The translations under genes and the position numbers were made by a program. A DNA stretch of 64,000 nt, taken from positions 8,532-72,531 of the forward strand of contig JAJNQF010000419.1 of NCBI GenBank assembly GCA_021154945.1, written 5' to 3'. This DNA comes from Sphingomonas sp. (lineage in GTDB: Bacteria; Pseudomonadota; Alphaproteobacteria; Sphingomonadales; Sphingomonadaceae). Under the pieces are notes generated by a model. It was given only the letters and a program-made list of their open reading frames with translations. It had not been told where the DNA came from and did not search any database. Positions 49,407-57,670 of this stretch are shown piece after piece (positions within the stretch are counted from its first letter, which is position 1; each line of letters begins with the position of its first letter).

Positions 49407-50402
49407 TCAGCGGTTCAAGGTGTAGTTGGCCGGTATCCACCGGTATTCGCCCGCGCTTCCGCCTGCTGTCCGGACATGGCCGATCCCAGGGAAGGATATG
49501 TGCGCGCCGGCCACCCACCAACCCTTGCTGGACGCTAGTGCAAGCGCGTGCTCGCGAGCCTTGATCGCAAGCGGGACGTTCCAGTCGTACTCGATCGCGA
49601 TCTTCGGATCGGGAACCTGGACCGGCAGCATGTGGACGGTGTCGCCCCAGAACAGCATCGCCTGACCACCGTCTTCGAGAAGATAGTAATGGTGCCCCGG
49701 AGTATGTCCCGGCGCCGCGATGGGCGTTAGGCCGGGAAGCAGCGCCGTCTCGTCGGCGTATGGCTTGAAGCGGCCGGCGGCGATGTACGGCGCGACGACC
49801 TTCTGGATGGCCGGGAAAAACGGCTTGAGAAGTGCGCCGACCTTGGCTTGGTTGGCGTTGTCGAGCCAGAAGTCCGAGTCGAGCTTCGACACGTGGACGA
49901 TCGCGTTGGCGAAGACCGGCTTGCCGTCGATCATGAGGCCCCCAGCGTGGTCCTCGTGCAGATGGGTGATGAAGATGTCGTCGACCTCGTCGGGCGTGTA
50001 GCCGGCCGCCCTGATGGCAGCAACGAGGCCGCCGCCGTCCTTGCCGTAGAGATTGCCGGCGCCTGTATCGATCAGGACGAGCTTGTCGCCCATGTTGACC
50101 AGGAACGCGTTGATCATCCCTTCGAACGGCGAACTGAGGTCCTGTCTGCCGAGCAGCTGGTTGACCTGTCCGGGCTTCGCACCGACCGCCAGCTTCTCAG
50201 CCGGGAACGGATGCGTCCCGTCGAGAAGGGCGGTCACCTCGAAGCGGCCGATGTGCATCCTGTAGTAGCCGGGTGCCTGTCCGCCCACGGCCGCGGCGGA
50301 CGCGAAGGCGGGGGTGACCGGCGTGACCACCATCGCCGGCGTTAGGAGCGCCGCAAGGAGCGGGATGATCCCGATCGTGCGGTCAGACACCCGGGCAATC
50401 AC
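49407..50402 (-). CDS. Exported MBL-fold metallo-hydrolase (methyl-parathion hydrolase/lactonase-like)
   Basis: Signal peptide; THLHEDH, PGHTPGH, WGD..H, AH..FPG.G. Confidence 0.88.
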   Translation of the reverse strand: MIARVSDRTIGIIPLLAALLTPAMVVTPVTPAFASAAAVGGQAPGYYRMHIGRFEVTALLDGTHPFPAEKLAVGAKPGQVNQLLGRQDLSSPFEGMINAFLVNMGDKLVLIDTGAGNLYGKDGGGLVAAIRAAGYTPDEVDDIFITHLHEDHAGGLMIDGKPVFANAIVHVSKLDSDFWLDNANQAKVGALLKPFFPAIQKVVAPYIAAGRFKPYADETALLPGLTPIAAPGHTPGHHYYLLEDGGQAMLFWGDTVHMLPVQVPDPKIAIEYDWNVPLAIKAREHALALASSKGWWVAGAHISFPGIGHVRTAGGSAGEYRWIPANYTLNR

Positions 50403-51211
50403 TTCGCTGTGCCCTTCGTCACGAATGCGACCGCGTCCTCGATGACGGCGGCGACTTCCTTCGGATGCGAGAGAAGCGAGACGTGGCTCGACTGAAGCAC
50501 GGTCGTCTTGGCCTTCATCTCGGCGGCGAGATCACGCTCCATCTGAGGCGCGATGACCCGGTCGTTCGCCGAGAGGACGTACCACGACGGGACCGTGCGC
50601 CACGCGGGAACGGTGACCTTGTCCCCGAAGGTGCTGGCCGCGAGCGCGCCTTGGGTAACGAACATCGTCCGCGCTTCGGCCCGCGGCAGATCTGCGGCAA
50701 AGTTGTCGAGCATGCCCTGCTCGGTCTGACGCAGGAAGCCGTGACCGTCGTCCCAGACGGTCCCGAGAGCGGGCGTCTTCGGATAGGCGGCCACGAGATC
50801 GCCGCCGGACTGGCCTTCCTTGTTGGCGAAGGCCGCCACGTAGACCAGAGCCTTGACCTTGGGGTCGGTGCCCGCCTCAGTGATGACCGTGCCGGCCCAG
50901 CTGTGTCCGACGAGGACGACGGGGCCAGTCGCATCGGCCAGGACGCGCTTCGTGGCGATGACGTCGTCGGCGAGCGACGTCAGCGGGTTCTGAACGCCGA
51001 GCACCTTGATGCCCTTGGCTTGCAGAAGGGGAATGACCTTCGACCAGCTCGATCCATCTGCCCATGCACCGTGCACGAGTACCACGGTGACCTCCGACGC
51101 GGCGGGAGTGGCTTCTGCGGATGCGGCCGGGCGGGCCGGTTCGGCTACCGCCGCTGACAACGGCAGCAGGGTACCGATGAGCATCGTCGATGCGGCTAGT
51201 AGGGACTTCAT
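50399..51211 (-). CDS. Exported alpha/beta hydrolase
   Basis: Signal peptide; VHGAWADGS, GHSWAG, D.VI, SSH. Confidence 0.9.
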   Translation of the reverse strand: MKSLLAASTMLIGTLLPLSAAVAEPARPAASAEATPAASEVTVVLVHGAWADGSSWSKVIPLLQAKGIKVLGVQNPLTSLADDVIATKRVLADATGPVVLVGHSWAGTVITEAGTDPKVKALVYVAAFANKEGQSGGDLVAAYPKTPALGTVWDDGHGFLRQTEQGMLDNFAADLPRAEARTMFVTQGALAASTFGDKVTVPAWRTVPSWYVLSANDRVIAPQMERDLAAEMKAKTTVLQSSHVSLLSHPKEVAAVIEDAVAFVTKGTAK

Positions 51212-51536
51212 CTCGTTTTTCCTTCAGGCTTGTATGACCTCAGGGGAAATGGACCGGACCGTCGCGCCGTGATTGTCGAATCGACGGACGAGTTGGCCGA
51301 AGCGCGCGTTGCCCGCCTCTGTCGAAGCCATCCCGCCGGCTTGCCATCCAGAGGGACCGCAGCGCCATGATACGCACGCCGGATGCTGACCGCCGCGATC
51401 TTGGTGACGCCAAGCGGCTGAGCCGGTCGATGCCGGTAGGGCCGTGGCGCCCGCGATCCGATGTCTCACGGCTGGCACGACCCCTACCGCGGTATTCTGG
51501 ACCTGAAGCTGGCGTCGGCTAGATTGCGCAACGGAG

Positions 51537-51564
51537 CGCCGCCGATCGTTTCCGATCGGCGGCG
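51537..51564. terminator. Perfect 12-bp stem-loop just after the pirin stop
   Basis: CGCCGCCGATCG-TTTC-CGATCGGCGGCG; no U tract. Confidence 0.55.
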
Positions 51565-51569
51565 ACGGT

Positions 51570-52268
51570 TCACGCCGCGTCGACCAGGACGACTTCGCTG
51601 TCCATGATCGCCATGACGCGAAGCGTTTCCTCGTCCTTGATCGCTGCGCCGTCGCGTTCGTTGACCCGCTGGCCGTTTACCTCGACCGCGCCGGATGCAG
51701 GAACGAGGTAGCCGCGGCGGTTCGCACCGAGCGTATATTCGGCCGTTTCGCCGGCCTTCAGCGTAGCGCCCACGACCCTGGCGTCGGTACGGATGGGCAG
51801 TACGTCCGCGTCGTTGTCGAAGCCGCTTGCAAGGACGACGAACTGGCCGGAGCGGGCGCCCTTCGGAAATGGCTTGGCTCCCCAGGCGGGCTTCTCGCCT
51901 CTACGGCTGGGTTCGATCCAGATCTGGAAGATCTTCGTCGTCACGTCCTCGTCGTTGTATTCTGAATGGGCGATGCCCGTCCCTGCAGACATGACCTGGA
52001 CGTCGCCCGCTTCGGTCCTTCCCTTGTTCCCGAGGTTGTCCTCGTGCGTGATGGCGCCTTCGCGGACGTAGGTGATGATCTCCATGTCGCGGTGCGGATG
52101 AGGTGGAAACCCCGCCTTCGGCGCGATCGCGTCATCGTTCCAAACCCGCAGCGAACCCCAGTCCATGCGGTCGGGATCGTAATAGCTCGCGAAGCTGAAG
52201 TGATGCTTGGCGTCCAGCCAGCCGTGGTTGGCGCCGCCGAGTTTCGCAAATGGTCGAACGTCGATCAT
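51570..52268 (-). CDS. Pirin-family protein (YhhW-like)
   Basis: HHFSFA.Y, HPHRDMEI, MSAGTGIAHSE; AAGGAG RBS. Confidence 0.93.
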   Translation of the reverse strand: MIDVRPFAKLGGANHGWLDAKHHFSFASYYDPDRMDWGSLRVWNDDAIAPKAGFPPHPHRDMEIITYVREGAITHEDNLGNKGRTEAGDVQVMSAGTGIAHSEYNDEDVTTKIFQIWIEPSRRGEKPAWGAKPFPKGARSGQFVVLASGFDNDADVLPIRTDARVVGATLKAGETAEYTLGANRRGYLVPASGAVEVNGQRVNERDGAAIKDEETLRVMAIMDSEVVLVDAA

Positions 52269-52328
52269 CGAATGTCTCCTTGTGTAGCGAGGACGATCGA
52301 TCCGCGCTGAGAACCGGAGATAGGGAGC

Positions 52329-52343
52329 ATCGACTTTTCTGAT
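52329..52343. promoter_or_regulatory. Candidate LysR box ATC-N9-GAT
   Basis: ATCGACTTTTCTGAT (T-N11-A core) between divergent pirin and LysR genes. Confidence 0.5.
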
Positions 52344-52383
52344 CAGGGCGATAATGTCGCACGGATCATACAGGAAAGTTGAT

Positions 52384-53313
52384 ATGTCGAACCCTGGCAA
52401 CCCTACCTACGAGCAGCTTCGTACGTTTCTGGCGGTCGTCGATCAGGGTAGCTTCGCGGGGGCTGCGCGGCATCTGAACCGAGCCGTGTCGGTGGTCAGC
52501 TACGGCATAGCGAACCTTGAGGCGCAACTGGGCGTGCTGCTCTTCGATCGCGAAGGCACACGCAAGCCGAAGCTGACGGACGCGGGGCGTGCCGTTCTGG
52601 CGGAGGCTCGAACGATCGGTCAGGGCTTCGACGGGCTGCGGGCGAAGGTCAAGGGACTGCTCGACGGACTCGAAGCCGAGGTGAACCTCGCCGTCGACGT
52701 GATGCTGCCGGCGTCGCGGCTCGGTTCGGTGCTCCGAGCATTCAACGTGGAGTTCCCGACCGTCAGCCTGCGCCTTCACGTCGAAGCACTGGGCGCGGTG
52801 GCTTCCCTGGTTCTCGATCGCAGCGCGGTCCTCGGCATCTCCGGACCCCTGGCAGCAGGGGTGGACGAACTGGACCGGCTTCCAGCCGGTTCCGTCACCA
52901 TGGTACCGGTGGCTGCTCCCGACCATCCGCTTGCCCGAATGACGACTCCTCAATTGGGCAGCGGCCGAGGTCACATACAGCTCGTACTGACGGACCGGTC
53001 TCCCCTTACCCAGGGGAGGGACTTCTCGGTACTGAGCGCACGGACCTGGCGGCTCGCAGATCTCGGCGCGAAGCACTCTCTGCTCCGCGAAGGGATCGGT
53101 TGGGGCAACATGCCGCTGGGCATGGTCGAAGCCGACCTTATGGCGGGAACCCTGGTCCGGCTGCGCATGCCGGATCATCTCGGCGGGACCTACCGTTTCG
53201 CCGGGGTGTGGCGCCGCGACGCTCCCCCGGGACCTGCCGCATCCTGGCTGCTGGACCAGTTCGTCGAACTCGGTCGCTCGGATGTAGAACTACCCGGACT
53301 AAGCGACATCTGA
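52384..53313 (+). CDS. LysR-family regulator
   Basis: GSFAGAARHL.R..S.VS..I..LE..LG..LFDR. Confidence 0.93.
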   Translation: MSNPGNPTYEQLRTFLAVVDQGSFAGAARHLNRAVSVVSYGIANLEAQLGVLLFDREGTRKPKLTDAGRAVLAEARTIGQGFDGLRAKVKGLLDGLEAEVNLAVDVMLPASRLGSVLRAFNVEFPTVSLRLHVEALGAVASLVLDRSAVLGISGPLAAGVDELDRLPAGSVTMVPVAAPDHPLARMTTPQLGSGRGHIQLVLTDRSPLTQGRDFSVLSARTWRLADLGAKHSLLREGIGWGNMPLGMVEADLMAGTLVRLRMPDHLGGTYRFAGVWRRDAPPGPAASWLLDQFVELGRSDVELPGLSDI

Positions 53314-53717
53314 CCGCGGCTCGGCCGAGACACCTACGTCTTGGCGATCGCCGCAGCGCCCGGCGAACGAGGTCGTGGGTCGAACGCAGGCAGCGTCTTC
53401 TGAGATCGGCCGAACCACGGGTCCTTGCCCTGGGCGGCCGCGCTACTCTTGCTCGTCCGTACGAACGGATGCTGATCGAACCCTCGCGACATCTCTCTCG
53501 TCGCAGGAGGTCAGAGCCGTTTTCGCGTATTTCCAGCGGGATCGTACAAAACCGCTGCAGCGAACGCCGCTAGACGATCTGTGAACCGGCGTCGCAGGTG
53601 ATGGGAGTGCGCATGCTCTAATCACGACGCCTGGGGCGATGCATATGACTACCGAGCCGGCGAATTGGCCGCGATGAGGTCTTCCTGCCTCGTCCCCATC
53701 CACGAAAGGTATGACCG

Positions 53718-54710
53718 ATGACGATCTCCATCCCGCTGCGACAAGGTTTCGGCGGCGCACCGCTCGGCAACATGTTCCGTGCCATCCCCGAGGAGGAGGC
53801 GATCGCGACCGTCGCCGACGCCTGGGACGCAGGCATCCGTTATTTCGATACCGCTCCGATGTACGGTGCAGGGCTTTCCGAGATCCGGACCGGGATCGCT
53901 CTCGAGGGGCGTCCCCGCCACGAGTATCTCCTGAGCACCAAGGTCGGACGGCGCATCCTGGACGAAATGGAGGTCGGCAAGGCGGATCTCGGCGAGAAGG
54001 GAGGCCTGTTCGAGTTCGGACGGAAGAACAAGGTGGTGTACGACTATTCGTACGACGGCGCTCTTCGCGGGATCGAAGAAAGCCTCGAACGGCTCCGGAC
54101 CGATCGCATCGACTACGTCTGGATCCACGACGCAGCCAAGGACTTCCACGGTGATCGTTGGGTCGAGGTTCTGGACGGTGCACTCGAAGGTGCGGGCGCT
54201 GCTTTGACCCGACTGCGGGACGAAGGGGTGATCGGAGGCTGGGGCCTCGGAGTGAACCGCGTCGAGCCGTGCGTGATCGCACTCGAACGGGCGGATCCGG
54301 ACGGCTTCCTCCTGGCTGGACGATACACTCTTCTCGATCACGCTGACGCGCTCGCCAAGCTCATGCCCGAGGCCGAACGCCGCGGAGCGGGGATCGTGGT
54401 CGGGGGACCGTACAACTCCGGTATCCTGGCGGGCGGCGAGCACTACGAGTACCAGAAGGCTACTCCGGAGATGCAGGAGCGCGTCGACGGCCTCAAGGCG
54501 ATGGCCGAACGGCATGGGGTGGATCTGCGTGCTGCGGCCCTGCAGTTCTGTCTGGCCCACCCGGCGGTCGCCGCGATCATTCCGGGCGCCAGCCGCCCGG
54601 GCCGAAGCGCCCAGAACCTCGCCTTGGCCGAAGCGCCGATCCCTTCCGCATTCTGGAACGAACTGCGGTTGGCCGGGCTGGTCTCGCCCGAGGCTCCTCT
54701 GCCCGCATGA
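53718..54710 (+). CDS. Aldo/keto reductase (D-threo-aldose dehydrogenase-like)
   Basis: GFGGAPLGN, FDTAPMYG, STKVGR, IHD, AGRYTLL. Confidence 0.9.
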   Translation: MTISIPLRQGFGGAPLGNMFRAIPEEEAIATVADAWDAGIRYFDTAPMYGAGLSEIRTGIALEGRPRHEYLLSTKVGRRILDEMEVGKADLGEKGGLFEFGRKNKVVYDYSYDGALRGIEESLERLRTDRIDYVWIHDAAKDFHGDRWVEVLDGALEGAGAALTRLRDEGVIGGWGLGVNRVEPCVIALERADPDGFLLAGRYTLLDHADALAKLMPEAERRGAGIVVGGPYNSGILAGGEHYEYQKATPEMQERVDGLKAMAERHGVDLRAAALQFCLAHPAVAAIIPGASRPGRSAQNLALAEAPIPSAFWNELRLAGLVSPEAPLPA

Positions 54711-54983
54711 TACGATGGCGACGGTTCCGCCCCCAGGCCAAGTAGGGGCGGGGCCGTCACATCCGCATCACGCGGCATGTCGTATGACCGGTCGGAGCAT
54801 GGCACGGACGTCTCGGGCCACGGATAGGCCGGTCGCAGTCTCGACATTGCCGCCCTGATGGGGACAACAGCCGGGCCGCCTTCGGTTCGTCAGAGCCGGC
54901 TCCGGCTTTCGCTCGGTATCGAAGGTACGTGGGCGCCGGATGACCGGCGCCCGTCAGGCCGCATTCCTCTTGCGGAGGCCGGG

Positions 54984-55949
54984 TTAGATCGTCGACGGCC
55001 TCGACGTCGGCATGTGCCGTCCGGACGCGCCGGGACCCGCGGCGAGATCATTGGCGATGAACTGCTGCAGCCGGGGCACGAAGAAGTCGAGGAACAGACG
55101 GACACGTTGAGGCATCAGCGGGCCACCGATGTAGAGCGCATGGACATCCTCCTCGTCGCCACATCCGGCTTCCGAAAGGACCTCTACCAGACGGCCGTCC
55201 GCAATGTCGTCACGGACGTGATACTCGCCCAGGCGTGCCAAGCCGGCGCCGGCGATCGCGAGATGCCGCACCGTGCCGCCGTTGTTGGTCAGGAAGTTTC
55301 CGCGCACCGTGCGGTTCACGACGGCGCCCGCTTCCCTCAGCGGCCAGACGGGCGCCGCGCGGCGGAAGTTGAATCCCAGGCAGTTGTGCCGGTCGAGATC
55401 CTCGACCGCAGTTGGCGTACCGTGCCGCTCAAGGTAGGCAGGAGAGGCCACGATCTTCCTCTGCGCCGCACCGATCCGACGCGAGATCAAGTTCGAGTCG
55501 ACGAGAGTGCCGATCCGGAACGCGATGTCCGTCCTGTCGAGATACAGGTCGACCAGTTCGTCGGATACGGAAAGATCGACGACGATGTTGGGATGGGCAT
55601 CCCAGAACTCCGGAAGCAGCGGCACCAGTCCCATCGTGCCGAAACCGATAGACGCGTTCACCCTGACGGTCCCGCGCGCCTGACTGGCGCCCTTGGCGAT
55701 GTCGAGTTCGAGTTCCTCGAAGTTCGCGACGAGGGCTTTGCCGCGCTCGTAGACGAGCTTGCCTTCGTCGGTCAGGGAAAGCGCTCGCGTCGAACGCTCC
55801 ATCAGCCGAACACCGAGCCTCGCCTCCATGCGAGCGATGAGCTTGCTCACGGTGGAGGGGGTCGTCAGCAGCACCCGGCCCGCCTCGGAGAAGCTCCCGG
55901 TCTCGACTACCCGAAGGAAGACCTGAAGCTCGCCGATTCTGTTGTCCAT
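54984..55949 (-). CDS. LysR-family regulator
   Basis: VVETGSFSEAG, RLGVRL.ERSTR.L.LT. Confidence 0.92.
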   Translation of the reverse strand: MDNRIGELQVFLRVVETGSFSEAGRVLLTTPSTVSKLIARMEARLGVRLMERSTRALSLTDEGKLVYERGKALVANFEELELDIAKGASQARGTVRVNASIGFGTMGLVPLLPEFWDAHPNIVVDLSVSDELVDLYLDRTDIAFRIGTLVDSNLISRRIGAAQRKIVASPAYLERHGTPTAVEDLDRHNCLGFNFRRAAPVWPLREAGAVVNRTVRGNFLTNNGGTVRHLAIAGAGLARLGEYHVRDDIADGRLVEVLSEAGCGDEEDVHALYIGGPLMPQRVRLFLDFFVPRLQQFIANDLAAGPGASGRHMPTSRPSTI

Positions 55950-56136
55950 CTTTGCCCGTCCTATCGCACTACGTCGTCTTGATCCGACCATGCACCTCGA
56001 TCGGAGCGGCGTCAGTCCAACATTTCGAACTGCTGCCGTACAGGCTGATGCGATGCCTCGAACGGGCCAGCGGCATTCGAACACTCGATACGTGTCGCAA
56101 CAGGTAGCAGCAGTGCGACGACACGATCGGAAGGCC

Positions 56137-57021
56137 TCAGCACGTGCGGGCGTCCGGGTTGGTCGCGAAGTAGAATGCCTCGCGGACCGCGCTGGCCACG
56201 AGGCGCTGCGCGTCGAGGGCGCCGCGGGCGTGCACGAGCGGCGGAAGCCACGAGAAGTCGTGAATCATGCCTAGGCTCCGGTGCGCGGAGATCTCGTGCT
56301 CCGTCGCCATCATCCTGCGTGCGAAGTGCTCCGCTCCGTCGCGGAACGGGTCGATCTCCGCCGTAAGCAGCAGGATCGGAGGCAGTCGCCTAAGCCAGTC
56401 GCGGGACCGGTCGGCTGGCCAACCGACAGGACCAGTCAGGGTGAGCCCGCTCCGTGCGCACGCATCGGCCGCCGTTTCATTCATCCGGTGCGTGCCGAAG
56501 CCGCCCGCGGGAGGTCCGAACACCGGGGTAATGAGCACGAGCAGCGATGCCCGACTGCCTGCACCGGGCGGGCCGCCCGCGCACGCGAGTGCCGACAGCG
56601 CGCCGAGACCATCGCCCGCGAAGGTTAACCGGGACGGGTCAATCAGGCATGGAGTCGCAGAGGCGAGCGACGCCAACCGTTCGTTCACCCGCCGTTCGGA
56701 GGCGGCGGGACCTGCATCCGGTTCGATCGCGACCGGTAGCACTGCGGCGCCGGAGCGATCGGCGATACTCTGAAGCGCCTCGGCCCGATCTTCCGACGAT
56801 CCCGCGTGGACGTAGACGATGACCGGAACGGTTCGTGCTCCGTCGCCCCGGGGTCGAAACACGTCGCAGTCGGTGTGGCGATCATCATGTAGAAGACCGT
56901 CGACGGCTTGGCCTTCGCCGCAGCGATCGAGAAAGGTCTGAACGACCGGATCGAGAGCCGGGTGATGATGCGATGCCGCTACCAGCACGTTTCGATCGAT
57001 CCGCGCGTGGTTCGAAGTCAT
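56137..57021 (-). CDS. Degenerate HSL-family alpha/beta hydrolase without the catalytic Ser
   Basis: PVIVYVHAG, FAGDGLGA, LPP.LLLTAEIDP.RD, GMIHDF. Confidence 0.7.
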   Translation of the reverse strand: MTSNHARIDRNVLVAASHHHPALDPVVQTFLDRCGEGQAVDGLLHDDRHTDCDVFRPRGDGARTVPVIVYVHAGSSEDRAEALQSIADRSGAAVLPVAIEPDAGPAASERRVNERLASLASATPCLIDPSRLTFAGDGLGALSALACAGGPPGAGSRASLLVLITPVFGPPAGGFGTHRMNETAADACARSGLTLTGPVGWPADRSRDWLRRLPPILLLTAEIDPFRDGAEHFARRMMATEHEISAHRSLGMIHDFSWLPPLVHARGALDAQRLVASAVREAFYFATNPDARTC

Positions 57022-57041
57022 GACCGCTCTGCTCTCCGGGA

Positions 57042-57572
57042 TCAGGCGGCAAGGGCAAGCGGGCGGGCCGCATACTGACGACGCCACGTAGCAGGCGAGT
57101 CGCCCTTTAGGCGGCGGAAGAGGCGGCTGAGATGCGCCTGGTCGGTGAAGCCGCAGGCCGCCGCGATGATGGCCAGCGGCTCGCTGCTGCGCATCATCAT
57201 CGTCGACGCGTTGTCCACCCGCCGCTGCATGACGAAGGCGTGTGGGGTCGTACCGAAGGTCTGGCGGAACGCGCGGCAGAAATGGCCGGTGCTCAGACGT
57301 GCGACGGCGGCCAGGTCGTCATTGGAGATCGTTGCGTCCAGATGGGCGTCGACGTAGGCGGCGACCTGACGCGCCTGCCAGGGCGCGAGGCCGCCCGATT
57401 CCGGCTGAGGCACCGCCTTCGACTGACGGCCGAGCAGCATGTCGCGGACGGCCACGATGCGATCGAGCGCGAAACCGATGTCGCGGTCGATCGAATTGGC
57501 TGCGTCCTCCAGCATAGCGGCGAGGATGGCGAACGGCGTGCTGTCGGCTTCCTGGATGGCGTGTGCGGTCAT
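57042..57572 (-). CDS. Short AraC-family regulator
   Basis: GGLAPWQ, LSTGHFCRAF, ACGFTDQAHL. Confidence 0.9.
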   Translation of the reverse strand: MTAHAIQEADSTPFAILAAMLEDAANSIDRDIGFALDRIVAVRDMLLGRQSKAVPQPESGGLAPWQARQVAAYVDAHLDATISNDDLAAVARLSTGHFCRAFRQTFGTTPHAFVMQRRVDNASTMMMRSSEPLAIIAAACGFTDQAHLSRLFRRLKGDSPATWRRQYAARPLALAA

Positions 57573-57670
57573 GATCTCTGTCCTCCAAGCGCCGATCCGT
57601 CGGACCGGCTTGATGAAGGCATGATGCCGCGCCCCGGACGGGGGCGTGAGTTAAGCGTTGGGAAGAGGTG

